Shown: positions 29,465-39,994, counted from the first letter of the stretch. The stretch: 64,000 nucleotides of DNA from Marinilabiliales bacterium (GCA_021286825.1 JAJTBP010000001.1:4729-68728), one strand, 5' to 3'. A program made the numbers and translations. Notes: a model not told the origin generated them from the sequence alone.

Positions 29465-30214
29465 TCAGGCCAAAAACTCCTTCAAGGCTACGTAACCGGA
29501 TTTGCTGATTTTCAGCTTGGCCCCTTGCTTGGTCAGCAGCATCCAGGACTCTTTTCCATATTGTTGTATTTCTGCCAATTGAGTCGTATTGACGATGCAG
29601 GAGCGGTGGATGCGTATGAATTTCTTTGGATCCAAATGGGCTTCGAAGAACTTCATCGTCTTCTGTTTCAAAAAATGGCCCTCCTTGCAATAGATCATCA
29701 CAAAATCATCCTCCGACTCGAGATAATCAATGGTTTCTACCGGGATGATCCGGATCTTGCTGCCCGACTTTACTACGATGCGTGTCAGCAAGCCGGTGGT
29801 TTCATCGTGTGCCTGGGTGAGTTGTTCCAGTTCTTCCTTGCTTCCGGTGCCGGACTGTATCCGCTTCATCGCTTTTTCGACGGCTACCTGCACTCTTTCC
29901 AGTGGATAGGGTTTCAGGAGATAATCAACGGCATTGGCTTCGAATGCCCGGATGGCAAACTCCTCATAGGCTGTCGAGAAGACGATGACTGGAGGGTCGG
30001 GGAGTAGCTCCAACATTTCAAACCCGGTTATTTTAGGCATTTGGATGTCCAAAAAGACCAGATCGGGTTTTTGTTCCTGAATGGCCAGTACCCCTTCAAA
30101 ACCGTTGCCACATTCGGCAATGATCTCCAGTCGGGGATCCCGGGAAAGATAGCTGCGCAGCAGATCGCGCGCCAACTGTTCATCATCCACAATGATCACT
30201 TTTATTTTTTCCAT
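29465..30214 (-). CDS. LytTR-family two-component response regulator
   Basis: Receiver domain (IIVDDEQLARDLL, DLVFLDIQMPKITGFE) plus a C-terminal LytTR DNA-binding domain (FIRIHRSCIVN). 249 aa. Confidence 0.9.
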   Translation of the reverse strand: MEKIKVIIVDDEQLARDLLRSYLSRDPRLEIIAECGNGFEGVLAIQEQKPDLVFLDIQMPKITGFEMLELLPDPPVIVFSTAYEEFAIRAFEANAVDYLLKPYPLERVQVAVEKAMKRIQSGTGSKEELEQLTQAHDETTGLLTRIVVKSGSKIRIIPVETIDYLESEDDFVMIYCKEGHFLKQKTMKFFEAHLDPKKFIRIHRSCIVNTTQLAEIQQYGKESWMLLTKQGAKLKISKSGYVALKEFLA

Positions 30215-30219
30215 GGTGC

Positions 30220-31278
30220 TCAGTTTTCAGTTTTTGGACAGGGCAAAAAGATCCGGACCTCGAATCTTCCCTCTTTGTCATGGATTTCCATCAGGTTGTT
30301 GCTGTTGTAAACCAGTCGCAACCGTTCCTTCACATTTTTAAGTCCGATGCCTTCCCCTTTGGCAGGCACCGCCTCCGGATCATAGGTGTTGGAGACCGTC
30401 AGGAGCACATGGTCGTCCTGCCGGAAACTCCTCAACCGTATTTCAACGGTTTCAGAGGCTTCATATACGCCGTATTTCACTGCATTTTCAAAAAGAGGTT
30501 GCAAGAGTAGGGTCGGGATCTTGCAAGCCAGGCATTCGGGATCCGTTTCAAAGGAAAAGGCCATCTTGTTGCCAAAACGGATCTTTTCGATCTGCAGGTA
30601 GAGCCTTACATGACTGATCTCTTCTTCCAGTGTGACCAATTCGTTGTGCTGCTTTCGGAGGGAATAGCGCATAAAATCGGAAAGGGCAATCACCATCTCA
30701 TGGGCTTTCTCCGGGTTGGTCATCGTCAATGATGCAATGGAATTCAGACTGTTGAAAAGGAAATGGGGATTGATCTGTGATTTAAGCGCCCTTAGCACGG
30801 CCTCCCTCAATTGTGTCTGGAGTACCTTCTCTCGCTTCAGTTTCTCCCGGTTGCTCTTATAATAGATGTAGAGATAGAAAAATGCAGCCAACAGAAAGTA
30901 GAAGAAGAACCCCAGCATGATCCGACTGGTGGTGTTTTTGTCCAGAAAGAGCGGATATTCCGGAGCCGACTGGATCGACTTGGCCACAAACGAGGCACTG
31001 TAGAACCAGGCGAAGGAGAGGGTGGTGGCAGCAGCGAAATGAGAGGCAAAGAGCATCACAAACGACTTCTCATCCGGAGAGTTGTAACGAACCACAAACC
31101 AGATGGCCAGTCCAAACGCACCCAATAGAAATCCAAAGACCATCCCGTCAACAGTCGAAATCCCCCAGGGGAGGATTTCGATAAAGCGGTCATAGCTTGT
31201 TTGCAGAATGGCCAGGATGATGGGAATGACCCAGTTGGCCAGAAGCGGAAACCTGTTGGAAGGGTTGCGCTGCTCCAT
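30220..31278 (-). CDS. LytS/YehU-type sensor histidine kinase (PF06580-type)
   Basis: Multi-TM N-terminus, then INPHFLFNSLNSI (H-box) and LLLQPLFENAVKYG (N-box). 352 aa. It lies 5 nt upstream of the regulator. Confidence 0.88.
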   Translation of the reverse strand: MEQRNPSNRFPLLANWVIPIILAILQTSYDRFIEILPWGISTVDGMVFGFLLGAFGLAIWFVVRYNSPDEKSFVMLFASHFAAATTLSFAWFYSASFVAKSIQSAPEYPLFLDKNTTSRIMLGFFFYFLLAAFFYLYIYYKSNREKLKREKVLQTQLREAVLRALKSQINPHFLFNSLNSIASLTMTNPEKAHEMVIALSDFMRYSLRKQHNELVTLEEEISHVRLYLQIEKIRFGNKMAFSFETDPECLACKIPTLLLQPLFENAVKYGVYEASETVEIRLRSFRQDDHVLLTVSNTYDPEAVPAKGEGIGLKNVKERLRLVYNSNNLMEIHDKEGRFEVRIFLPCPKTEN

Positions 31279-31280
31279 GA

Positions 31281-32033
31281 TTACGGCATGGAACTGATTT
31301 CACCCCCGCCAAAGATGGCTACTCCCTTGATGGTGACGATCTTGGACTGATCAACCCGGGAGATGACTGAGTTACCTCTCTTGTCTTCAAAGCCGCCGAA
31401 GATGGAGACCACTTCTGTTTTTACGTTCCAGTTTTCGGGAACGATGATCTTGGTACCGCCAAAGATGGTGGCAACGTCGATGGTACATCCCTCTACCGGC
31501 TTGCAGTAGAGGAGGTTGATTTTGGAACCGCCAAATATGGCAGTGATTTTTCCTCCTTTGAATTGATCTGATACCAGAGAGAAGTTTCTACCGCCGAATA
31601 TGGCCGTTTCATCGATGATGTCTTTTTTGTCCGTATCGGCGGTAAACTGAAAACCCGGCGTCCTCCTCCATTGGAAAATAAAGGCCAATCCAACAATGAT
31701 CAGGATCAGTGGCCAGAAATTGCGGAAGAAGTGGTCGGGTAGGTCAAATATCCGCGGCAGCATGAAATAGGTTCCGATGCCAATCAAGATGATTCCGGCA
31801 GAACCCGCTTTACGTGTCAGGTTATAGACACCAATCACAATCAGCAGCATAGGCCAGCTGATCAGAATATGGGATAAGTCGTAAGGAATCAGGTCCAGGT
31901 TCTCGAAGATCAGCAAGGCACCGATTGCAACAAAAATCAGTCCAAGAAGTACCCTTGAATCACCATGATGGTGTCTCCTTCCTCTTGTGAAGAGGTTGTT
32001 GTTTGGATCATTGGGCTCATTCACGATATTCAT
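31281..32033 (-). CDS. LiaF/YvqF-like membrane protein (LiaI-LiaF TM region plus DUF2154-type C-domain)
   Basis: Four TM segments followed by repeated IFGG blocks (AIFGGRNF, AIFGGSKI, TIFGGTKI, SIFGGFED, AIFGGGEI), which are typical of the LiaF C-terminal domain. It lies 2 nt upstream of the kinase. Confidence 0.75.
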   Translation of the reverse strand: MNIVNEPNDPNNNLFTRGRRHHHGDSRVLLGLIFVAIGALLIFENLDLIPYDLSHILISWPMLLIVIGVYNLTRKAGSAGIILIGIGTYFMLPRIFDLPDHFFRNFWPLILIIVGLAFIFQWRRTPGFQFTADTDKKDIIDETAIFGGRNFSLVSDQFKGGKITAIFGGSKINLLYCKPVEGCTIDVATIFGGTKIIVPENWNVKTEVVSIFGGFEDKRGNSVISRVDQSKIVTIKGVAIFGGGEISSMP

Positions 32034-32073
32034 AGCTTTTTGTATTAGGGTGAGACGTATCTTAAATTTGATT

Positions 32074-32081
32074 CAAAAATA
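32074..32081 (-). promoter_or_regulatory. Candidate -7 box (TATTTTTG) for the liaF-like/kinase/regulator operon
   Basis: TAnnTTTG match on the minus strand, 41 nt upstream of ATG 32033. Confidence 0.3.
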
Positions 32082-32156
32082 GCCTCCCCGATTCTTTTCA
32101 GAGAGGCAGAATCGGCCAAACACGTCAGATTATCGGTGAATGGAGAAAATCTCAAG

Positions 32157-34865
32157 TTATGAGCGTCCCGCATGGACAACCATCCCATGTAACCGGCTGT
32201 TGAAAGGGGTGGCTTTCTGCAACTTTTCGAGTGTAAGATGAATCCGGTATCGCCAATAATGCTGAGCAACGGCTGGAATGTTGATCCTTTCGGCATCAAA
32301 ATCTTCCCGTCTCAGTTCTTCATCCATGGCCAGCAGATCCTGGATGGGGAAGATGACCCACATCGCGGGTGACCAGAAATGTTGCTGAAGAATGTCTCCG
32401 GCCAGCCAGGGCTCCATGCTCCTCTTGAAATCGGCATGGTTCCCCATGATGGTGCGGAAAAACCGTTCGCTCTTCTGCGGATCCTCCTCCCACCAACCAC
32501 GCAGGGTGGAGGTGTCATGGGTGGAGGTGGTACTCACGGCCAGATAGGGGGCATCGGATGGATGCAGGAATTCAATCCTGGGATCCTTGGGCATCCTTTG
32601 TACCTCGAGGCTCAGTATGCCCAACTCCTTCATTACGTCGGGCACACATTCCGGGATCATACCCAAATCTTCGCCGCATACCAGCATGTCCGAAGCCTGC
32701 AGGATTGGGGGCAATTTTTTTAATGCCTGATCACGCCAGAATTGGTTGTGCCGGTGGTAGAAAAACTCGATGTAAAGCTCATCCAGCAGATAACGGCTGT
32801 ATTCGCTCAGGTTCATGTAGGAATAGGTGTCATGCATGGCAATTCTCGGATGGAACCGGGAGGGATGGACCGGGTCACGCAGGAAGATGACCTCACTGAT
32901 GAGGGCGCATAGTCCATCACGGATACGGCTATCCTTGCCACTCAGCGACTCCTCACTTCGGGCAGGCATGAAGTGGGCCCATACCTGTTGTTGGGTCGAG
33001 AAGGCCGGCTTCAGGTTGAATTTACCGGGCTCGTACTCCGACAGATACCTATTCTTAACCTCTTCGGTAAATTCACCAAAGAGATCCCAAAGGAAGTAAT
33101 CCCGGATATAGGGTCTGGTAAAACGCTCTTCATTGAATGGAATGCCCCGGTCGATGATTTCATCCCGTGAATAGGGTAAGGCAGGATTGAAATGGCCCAT
33201 GATGCCAAAGACCTGGTCGGCAGGTATCTCCCAGATTCTGAAGAAGCCCACGATGTGGTCAATCCGGAAGGCATCGAAGTACTGGGACATCTGTCTCAGA
33301 CGACTCTTCCACCAGGCATAACCATCCTGCGCCATGACATCCCAGTTGTAAGTGGGGAATCCCCAGTTCTGCCCCAGTATGGCAAAGTCATCCGGGGGCG
33401 CTCCTGCTTGCTGCGACAGGTTGAAGAGTTCCGGTTGTGTCCAGGCTTCGACACTGTTTGGACTGATGCCAATGGGAATGTCACCCTTCAGAACCACACC
33501 CTGACTTCTGGCATAGGCAACTGCTTCACTGAGTTGCTTGTGGGCATGATATTGAATAAAGTAGTGAACGGCAATGTGTGGAAAATCTTTTCCCTTGGGA
33601 TCGGTGAGCTGATCAATTTCCTCCGGATGGTATAGACCAAAGGCTTTCCACTGCCTGAAATCGGCCGTTTTGTTCTGATCCCGGAGGTAGCAAAAAGCCG
33701 CATAGGGCACCAACCACTCCCGGTTCTCCCCGAAGAATTTGAGAAAAGCAGGGCTTTGCAGGAAGGAATCCATCTGTTGGTCGAAAATCAACTTGAAGAA
33801 TTTTGATTTGACCTTGTGCACTTCATCGTAATGGACCGATTCCTGCGCATTGAATCCGGCAAGTGTCTTCAGGAAACCCACCATCAGCGACTCATCATCG
33901 AGAACCCCAATCTTGTTGATGTTCAGAAAGACCGGATGTAGGGCCATCACTGAGATGGATTTGTAGGGATAGGAGTCAATCCAGCTATGGGTAGCTACCG
34001 TTTCATTAAGTGGCAGCAGTTGGATGAGCTTCAATCCGCATTTCTTGGTCCAGTCTATGAGCGGGACAAGGTCCGTGAACTCTCCGATTCCGCCACTGTG
34101 ATCCGTGCGGAGCGAAAAGAGCGGAACAGCGACACCTGCCCCCTTCCACCGGCCTTGTGCCATCCGGAATTTTTCATCGGTATGGATTTTGAGAGAGGGC
34201 TCTTCATGACAAACAAAGTCCCGGATAACCCGGTTGTTCCCCTCCTCCCATTCGATCAGACGTCCTGTGCGGACATCTGTCATCACATATTTATAATGGA
34301 GTGGGAAGGTAAGTTTCGATGCATCCAAATCGACATGCCACAAGGGTGCGTGGGTGTCTTCCAAGGGAATGGCCCCGGCTTCATTCCAACCCCCCAGTGC
34401 CGCGTCACCGCCCAACACGGCTATCCGGTGGTTCGGGTCTACGAAGGGAGTCCTCAGCTGTAGCCGCAAGGTTTTCCCGTGAAGCTTTTCGGGAGGGGAT
34501 GTCAAAACTGCCGGCCTTTTCAGCAGTACCTTTTGAAAGGCCGCCGAATAGAGCGTGTTTTCAATATCGTCGGAGGTTCTCCAGAAATCGCGCATTCGAG
34601 CTTCCCGAAAGGATGCGGCCGACAAGTCAATACCACGATTGGGGCCCCATTCCCATACCATTCCTCCATCCTGTTTCTGAAGCAGGTATTTGTATTCAAA
34701 CCTCAAGTCATCACTCTCGATGCTGGTCATCCATTCTCCCGGAAATTGGTTTTTCAACGGGATGGCTTTCATCGGATCCCACGCTCCCAGAAGTGGGGTT
34801 GAACCGGAAATAAAAATCGATTCCCCCCAAGATGTCTGATAATCAATCTTAAATGAAAGTTTCAT
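32157..34865 (-). CDS. malQ: 4-alpha-glucanotransferase (GH77) with N-terminal CBM20-like starch-binding modules
   Basis: SWGESIFISGSTPLLGAWDP (CBM20-like), FRIDHIVGFFRIWEIP and VCGEDLGMIPECV (GH77 catalytic regions). The start is at ATG 34865 (MKLSFKIDY), not the 34982 extension. Confidence 0.9.
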   Translation of the reverse strand: MKLSFKIDYQTSWGESIFISGSTPLLGAWDPMKAIPLKNQFPGEWMTSIESDDLRFEYKYLLQKQDGGMVWEWGPNRGIDLSAASFREARMRDFWRTSDDIENTLYSAAFQKVLLKRPAVLTSPPEKLHGKTLRLQLRTPFVDPNHRIAVLGGDAALGGWNEAGAIPLEDTHAPLWHVDLDASKLTFPLHYKYVMTDVRTGRLIEWEEGNNRVIRDFVCHEEPSLKIHTDEKFRMAQGRWKGAGVAVPLFSLRTDHSGGIGEFTDLVPLIDWTKKCGLKLIQLLPLNETVATHSWIDSYPYKSISVMALHPVFLNINKIGVLDDESLMVGFLKTLAGFNAQESVHYDEVHKVKSKFFKLIFDQQMDSFLQSPAFLKFFGENREWLVPYAAFCYLRDQNKTADFRQWKAFGLYHPEEIDQLTDPKGKDFPHIAVHYFIQYHAHKQLSEAVAYARSQGVVLKGDIPIGISPNSVEAWTQPELFNLSQQAGAPPDDFAILGQNWGFPTYNWDVMAQDGYAWWKSRLRQMSQYFDAFRIDHIVGFFRIWEIPADQVFGIMGHFNPALPYSRDEIIDRGIPFNEERFTRPYIRDYFLWDLFGEFTEEVKNRYLSEYEPGKFNLKPAFSTQQQVWAHFMPARSEESLSGKDSRIRDGLCALISEVIFLRDPVHPSRFHPRIAMHDTYSYMNLSEYSRYLLDELYIEFFYHRHNQFWRDQALKKLPPILQASDMLVCGEDLGMIPECVPDVMKELGILSLEVQRMPKDPRIEFLHPSDAPYLAVSTTSTHDTSTLRGWWEEDPQKSERFFRTIMGNHADFKRSMEPWLAGDILQQHFWSPAMWVIFPIQDLLAMDEELRREDFDAERINIPAVAQHYWRYRIHLTLEKLQKATPFNSRLHGMVVHAGRS

Positions 34866-34903
34866 GGCTCCCTCCTTTCTCAGAAATGATTTTCCTGTTT
34901 TTT

Positions 34904-34911
34904 CAAAGTTA
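34904..34911 (-). promoter_or_regulatory. Candidate -7 box (TAACTTTG) for malQ
   Basis: TAnnTTTG match on the minus strand, 39 nt upstream of ATG 34865. Confidence 0.3.
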
Positions 34912-35171
34912 CAATATCTGAGGCTGAAAACGCATGAATTGCCCATGAGAATTTTTAACGCCATGGCATGCTGCTCATTCATTGGGATCTGTCAGCTCCA
35001 GCTGATCATAATACGTTATGGGGAGGGGGATCCTGATTGACCTTTTGCATTTTTCCCAAGCGTTTTGATGGGGGATCGCCACAATTTGCCGTTTTGATGA
35101 ATGGGGAATAAACTCTTTCCGATTTTTCCCGTATGAATTCAATATCAACATCATAGACTTGTCTGAACGCG

Positions 35172-36536
35172 ATGACAGATTTTCAAAATGCACCGATCCC
35201 GGTTTTGATCCGGAACATTGCCCTACCTTCTAGTATTGGATTAATATTCAATACGTTATTTAATGTCGTGGATACCTATTGGGGAGGAACAGTTTCCACC
35301 ACAGCCTTGGCTGCCTTGTCACTCTCTTTCCCGGTATTTTTCATCATCCTTTCCGTGGGCATGGGCATGGGAACCGGAGCCACAGCCCTGATATCTGGTG
35401 CTTTGGGGGCCGGAGAGAAAAGCAAAGCGACCACTTATGCCGCTCAGGCCATCCTCTTTTCACTCTTTAATGCCCTACTGCTTACTTTCCTGGGTCGGCT
35501 GTTCGCTCCTGTTTTGTTGCGGATGCTTGGGGCGAGCGGAGAATATCTGGAAATTGCCTCCGATTATATGTACATCATCCTCTCCGGAACACCCTTTTTC
35601 TTGCTGAACAGTATCCTGAATGCTACCCTGACCTCCAGAGGAGATACCAAAACCTACAGAAACTTCCTGATAGCCGGATTTGTGCTGAATGTGATCATGG
35701 ACCCCTGGTTTGTTTACGGCGGATTTGGAATCCAGGCGATGGGTGTGGGGGGTATTGGTTTTTCAACGGTCATCATCCAGATGATGGGGACAGTGTACCT
35801 GGTGCTGCGCATCCGGAACCGTAAAATCCTCGAGGGTGTCCGGAAAGCAGACTGGCTTCCTCAGATGAAATACTTCGGAGATTTGTTCCGTCAGGGATTC
35901 CCGGCGAGTATGAACATGCTCACCGTAGCCATCGGCATCTTTGTGATCACCTATTTTGCCGGGAGATTTGGCAAGGAGGCGGTAGCAGCTTATGGTATCG
36001 CCACACGAATCGAACAACTGGTGCTGCTGCCCACCATGGGACTCAATGTGGCGGCACTCACCATTGCCGCGCAAAACATGGGGGCCGGACAAATGGAACG
36101 TGTTTTTTCATCCTGGAAAACAGCGATTCGTTATGGTTTGCTGATCATCCTGATTGGAACGGCCGTCGTGGCCCTTTTTCGAGATCAGCTGATGCACCTT
36201 TTTGTTTCTGACGACCAAGTGATCGGAATTGGCAAAGAGTATCTGGGCGTTGCTGTTCTCTTTTTTGTGGCCTACATCTTTCTCAACATCTCTGTTTCCA
36301 CCCTCCAAGGGATCAAAAAACCCATGTTTGCCCTGTTTGTTGGGACTTACCGCCAGTTTCTCGTACCGCTTCCCCTGTTTTTTTTGTTTGCTGTCCATGC
36401 CGGTTGGGGTACCAAAGGGATTTGGTGGGGAATTTTTATTGCCAACTGGAGCGCAGCAATCTTTACCTTTTTCTATACCGGCAATCTTTTGAAACGGCTA
36501 TTGCCCAAAAGCAAAAATGCGGAGCTGAACCTTTGA
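35172..36536 (+). CDS. MATE family efflux transporter
   Basis: 454 aa with about 12 TM segments. The N-terminal PVLIRNIALPSSIGLIFNTLFNVVDTYWGG pattern is typical of MATE/NorM proteins. Confidence 0.85.
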   Translation: MTDFQNAPIPVLIRNIALPSSIGLIFNTLFNVVDTYWGGTVSTTALAALSLSFPVFFIILSVGMGMGTGATALISGALGAGEKSKATTYAAQAILFSLFNALLLTFLGRLFAPVLLRMLGASGEYLEIASDYMYIILSGTPFFLLNSILNATLTSRGDTKTYRNFLIAGFVLNVIMDPWFVYGGFGIQAMGVGGIGFSTVIIQMMGTVYLVLRIRNRKILEGVRKADWLPQMKYFGDLFRQGFPASMNMLTVAIGIFVITYFAGRFGKEAVAAYGIATRIEQLVLLPTMGLNVAALTIAAQNMGAGQMERVFSSWKTAIRYGLLIILIGTAVVALFRDQLMHLFVSDDQVIGIGKEYLGVAVLFFVAYIFLNISVSTLQGIKKPMFALFVGTYRQFLVPLPLFFLFAVHAGWGTKGIWWGIFIANWSAAIFTFFYTGNLLKRLLPKSKNAELNL

Positions 36537-36552
36537 GATTCGAACTCCGCAT
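36517..36552. terminator. Possible shared hairpin between the convergent MATE and glnS genes
   Basis: ATGCGGAG (36517-36524) pairs with CTCCGCAT (36545-36552), an 8-bp stem with a 20-nt loop that overlaps the MATE stop codon. No clean U-tract. Confidence 0.35.
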
Positions 36553-36571
36553 ATGCTGAGAATGCTACAAT

Positions 36572-38236
36572 TTATTTTTTAGAATTGTCCTTCAATGAGA
36601 CGGTTCTGTTGAATACCAGCTTCTCCGGAGTGGTGTCTGGATCCACATTGAAATAGCCGAGTCGCTCAAACTGGTAATTGGACAAAGCGGGAGCACCTTT
36701 TGCAAAGGGTTCAATGAAGCAGTGGTCCAGTACCTGCAGGGAATCCGGATTCAGAAGTTCCAGATAATCCTTCTCCTTGTTGCCATCCGGATCCGCATCA
36801 GTGAAGAGTCGGTCATACAAACGTACTTCGCAGGGAAGGGCAGTCTCGGCTGCAACCCAGTGCAGGGTTGCTTTTACCTTTCTGCCGTCAGGCGCATTTC
36901 CACCCTTCGTCTCCGGATCATAGGTACAATGGAGAGCCACAATCTTTCCCTGCTCATCCTTGATTACTTCCTGGCATTTGATAAAGTAGGCATAACGAAG
37001 ACGGACCTCTTTCCCAGGGGCCAGCCGATAGAATTTATTGGTTGGCTCTTCCATAAAGTCTTCCTTTTCAAGGTAGATGACCCTGGAAAAAGGAACTTTC
37101 CGCTTGCCCATCGATTCATCTTCCGGATTGTTGATGGCTTCTACCGCTTCACTTTGTCCTTCGGGATAATTGGTGATGATCACCTTGATGGGATCCGTCA
37201 CACACATCAACCGCTGGGCGCGTTTGTTCAGGTCTTCACGGATGCAGAATTCCAACATGGCCACATCGGTGACCCCATCCACCTTTGTTACGCCGATCAT
37301 GTCGGCAAAATTCCGGATGGATTCCGGTGTGTAACCCCTGCGGCGCAGTCCGGAGATGGTCGGCATCCGCGGATCATCCCAATCTTTCACATAACCTTCC
37401 TTCACCAATTGCAGCAACTTGCGCTTGCTCATCACGGTGTAGGTGATGTTCAATCTTGAGAATTCAATCTGTCTCGGCCGGTAATCCGTCTCCTGCAACT
37501 CATCCACAAACCAGTCATACAACGGACGGTGTACTTCAAATTCGAGGGTGCAAATGGAATGGGTGATGCCCTCCCAATAGTCAGATTGACCGTGGGCATA
37601 GTCGTACATCGGATAGATACACCATTTGTCCCCGGTACGGTGATGCGATTGTTTCAGAATGCGGTACATCAGGGGATCGCGCAAGTGCATGTTTGGCGAT
37701 GCCATGTCAATTTTGGCCCGTAACACGCAAGCACCTTCGTTGTATTTTCCATTCCTCATCTCCTCAAAGATCCTGAGATTCTCTTCGGGAGAGGTGTTTC
37801 GGGTCGGACTCTCTACCCCAGCCTTGGTGGGTGTACCACGCTGTTCCGAAATGACTTCCTGACTTTGAAAATCGACGTAAGCCTTTCCCCGCTTGATGAG
37901 TTCGACGGCGAAATCGTACAGCTTGTCAAAATAGTCGGAAGCATAATAGAGGCGGTCTTCCCAATCGAAGCCCAGCCATTTGACATCCTCCATGATGGAA
38001 TCTACATATTCGGTATCCTCCTTCACGGGGTTGGTATCGTCAAAGCGGAGGTTGGTCAGTCCACCAAAAAGCTTGGCTGTACCAAAGTTCAGGCAGATTG
38101 ATTTGGCATGACCGATGTGCAGGTAGCCATTCGGTTCCGGTGGGAAACGGGTATGTACCCTGTTCCCATTCTTGCCTGCTGCAAGGTCATCGACAATCTG
38201 CTGCTGAATAAAATTCTTTGGAACAATATTTTCCAT
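36572..38236 (-). CDS. glnS: Glutamine--tRNA ligase
   Basis: [17 protein letters not shown] (HIGH motif), VMSKRKL (KMSKS variant), and 554 aa with the GlnRS C-terminal beta-barrel region. Confidence 0.95.
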   Translation of the reverse strand: MENIVPKNFIQQQIVDDLAAGKNGNRVHTRFPPEPNGYLHIGHAKSICLNFGTAKLFGGLTNLRFDDTNPVKEDTEYVDSIMEDVKWLGFDWEDRLYYASDYFDKLYDFAVELIKRGKAYVDFQSQEVISEQRGTPTKAGVESPTRNTSPEENLRIFEEMRNGKYNEGACVLRAKIDMASPNMHLRDPLMYRILKQSHHRTGDKWCIYPMYDYAHGQSDYWEGITHSICTLEFEVHRPLYDWFVDELQETDYRPRQIEFSRLNITYTVMSKRKLLQLVKEGYVKDWDDPRMPTISGLRRRGYTPESIRNFADMIGVTKVDGVTDVAMLEFCIREDLNKRAQRLMCVTDPIKVIITNYPEGQSEAVEAINNPEDESMGKRKVPFSRVIYLEKEDFMEEPTNKFYRLAPGKEVRLRYAYFIKCQEVIKDEQGKIVALHCTYDPETKGGNAPDGRKVKATLHWVAAETALPCEVRLYDRLFTDADPDGNKEKDYLELLNPDSLQVLDHCFIEPFAKGAPALSNYQFERLGYFNVDPDTTPEKLVFNRTVSLKDNSKK

Positions 38237-38474
38237 ATTTGTTGTTCATTGTGGTTTAACACCCTAAAAGTTCGTGACCGATCCGAAAAAATAGGAAAAT
38301 TTCCCATTTGTGACATGATTTCAAGGGGACTGAGGCCACAATATAATAATTAATTCATATAGCAGCCGATGCCTGTCCCGGGATCCGACAAAAATCTGTC
38401 CTCCGATACACGAATCGACAAAGGTAGTAAGAGTTGTTTAGAGGAAGGGCAAAAATGCAGACGAAAAAATGCAT

Positions 38475-38482
38475 TAGTTTTG
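38475..38482 (+). promoter_or_regulatory. Candidate -7 box (TAGTTTTG) for folB
   Basis: TAnnTTTG match 20 nt upstream of ATG 38502. Confidence 0.3.
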
Positions 38483-38501
38483 TGGGATAAAAAGTTGCAA
38501 C

Positions 38502-38852
38502 ATGGGAAAGATCACATTGGAAGGAATGGAATTTTATGCTTACCATGGTTATTTTCAGAGTGAACGCATTGTGGGCAATCGCTTTGAAGTCAATCTCGAG
38601 GTTGAGACCGATTGTGAAAGGGCCTCCCTGAGCGACCATCTTCCCGATGCCCTCAACTACGAAGGGCTCTATACCTTGATCAAGGAAGAGATGCACATTC
38701 GATCCCATTTGTTGGAACATGTTGCCGGCAGAATCTTACGACGCATTCATGCCGAGTATCCTCAGGTGGGTCTGGTCAAGATAAAAATTTTGAAGTTAGC
38801 ACCCCCCATGGGTGGTCATATCAAGGCAGTTGGAGTCACACTCGAAGGATAA
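38502..38852 (+). CDS. folB: Dihydroneopterin aldolase
   Basis: MGKITLEGMEFYAYHGYFQSERIVGNRFEVNLEV is the typical FolB N-terminus. 116 aa. Confidence 0.9.
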   Translation: MGKITLEGMEFYAYHGYFQSERIVGNRFEVNLEVETDCERASLSDHLPDALNYEGLYTLIKEEMHIRSHLLEHVAGRILRRIHAEYPQVGLVKIKILKLAPPMGGHIKAVGVTLEG

Positions 38853-38895
38853 TCGCGATTTTTAATCTGACCTCTCTCTGTCAGTAGAAAATTCT

Positions 38896-38903
38896 TATAT
38901 TTG
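38896..38903 (+). promoter_or_regulatory. Candidate -7 box (TATATTTG) for tRNA-Cys
   Basis: TAnnTTTG match 13 nt upstream of tRNA position 1. Confidence 0.35.
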
Positions 38904-38915
38904 CACCCTGAAAAC

Positions 38916-38986
38916 GGTCGGTTGGCCGAGTGGCTAGGCAGCGGTCTGCAAAACCGTGTACGGCGGTTCGAATCCGCCATCGACCT
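38916..38986 (+). tRNA. tRNA-Cys (anticodon GCA)
   Basis: Hand-folded cloverleaf. Acceptor GGTCGGT/ATCGACC (one G-U pair), D arm GCC..GGC, anticodon arm GCGGT-CTGCAAA-ACCGT (GCA), short variable loop GTAC, T arm GGCGG-TTCGAAT-CCGCC, discriminator T. CCA is not encoded. Confidence 0.85.
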
Positions 38987-38998
38987 CAACTCAAAATG

Positions 38999-39037
38999 CG
39001 CCTGATGTCAATGATTTGATTGTCAGGCGTTTTTTGT
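38999..39037 (+). terminator. Rho-independent terminator after tRNA-Cys
   Basis: CGCCTGA (38999-39005) pairs with TCAGGCG (39023-39029), and TTTTTTGTTTT follows. Confidence 0.6.
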
Positions 39038-39125
39038 TTTAATTTCCCCTAACTCGACCGGTTGCCTATTCATTTTCCCTTTTCTTACGGGGGATTGGAA
39101 TCCGCACAAAGTATCACAATATTTG

Positions 39126-39133
39126 TAAATTTG
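39126..39133 (+). promoter_or_regulatory. Candidate -7 box (TAAATTTG) for the orphan ORF
   Basis: TAnnTTTG match 109 nt upstream of ATG 39242. Confidence 0.25.
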
Positions 39134-39241
39134 CGGTAGGACTTGTAGCAGTGTATGTTACAGACGTGGCCCGGGCGGTTTGGTTTTTTCTTAAGGTAAA
39201 CGGATCGGTGGGCTTTATTTTCTCAAAAAACCAGATGCAGG

Positions 39242-39994
39242 ATGTTCGGAAAGTCAAAGAATGATGTAGCAGGAAGTACGGGGATGGGTAGTGAGCTGAC
39301 GGTCAAAGCCGACTACATCAACATTCCTGTCCAATTGCTTGCCGGTTTTTTGGATGACACCAGAGGCGTTATTCGAAACGTCTATTATTATGCCCTCTAT
39401 TCCCGTTACATACAAACTGAAAAGGGAACCGACAAGGACCGCTACAAAATGGCGTGCCTCTATTACGGATTTCAGGAGACAGACAGGGAAGAAAATCTGA
39501 AAAAGGGGAAGTATCTCTACGATCGGTTTCAGCATGCACCCATGACTGGAATTGAACGCTCCCTCTTTTCTGAATACAACAGGGGCGACAAGTCAGAATT
39601 CGACAAAGCCTGTTTTTTAGCCTACCATGCACTGAAATCCATCGTTGCCGGGAAAATATTTCAGAAATCGGATAACAAACTGTTGTGGGCCAGAATGGAT
39701 GGGAAAGTAAAAACCATCCAGGATGTGAGCGAATTGTCGGATCGTCTCCGTTTCTATACACAGGAATATCAGACCTTGAAAATCAAACGGGAATTAAGGG
39801 ACAATTGGGGACTTGTCTACTATGCCCAACATACCCGCGGGTTTTATGTCTCTTTTAAACTGGATCTCAAATCACTGATCCTGGAAGCCATGAAACGGAA
39901 GAAGAAGTCGGTCGAAAAACAGCGGCTGCTTTTGATCCGAAAACTAGAAGCCGAGGCCCAGGCGAAATTGAATAAAGGATTCCCGGTATCCTAA
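39242..39994 (+). CDS. Hypothetical protein (orphan; no family recognised)
   Basis: 250-aa ORF with an ATG start, Lys/Arg/Tyr-rich, and a basic coiled C-terminal tail (KRKKKSVEKQRLLLIRKLEAEAQAKL). It stands alone between tRNA-Cys and a gene-free AT-rich region. Coding status rests on ORF length only. Confidence 0.5.
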   Translation: MFGKSKNDVAGSTGMGSELTVKADYINIPVQLLAGFLDDTRGVIRNVYYYALYSRYIQTEKGTDKDRYKMACLYYGFQETDREENLKKGKYLYDRFQHAPMTGIERSLFSEYNRGDKSEFDKACFLAYHALKSIVAGKIFQKSDNKLLWARMDGKVKTIQDVSELSDRLRFYTQEYQTLKIKRELRDNWGLVYYAQHTRGFYVSFKLDLKSLILEAMKRKKKSVEKQRLLLIRKLEAEAQAKLNKGFPVS

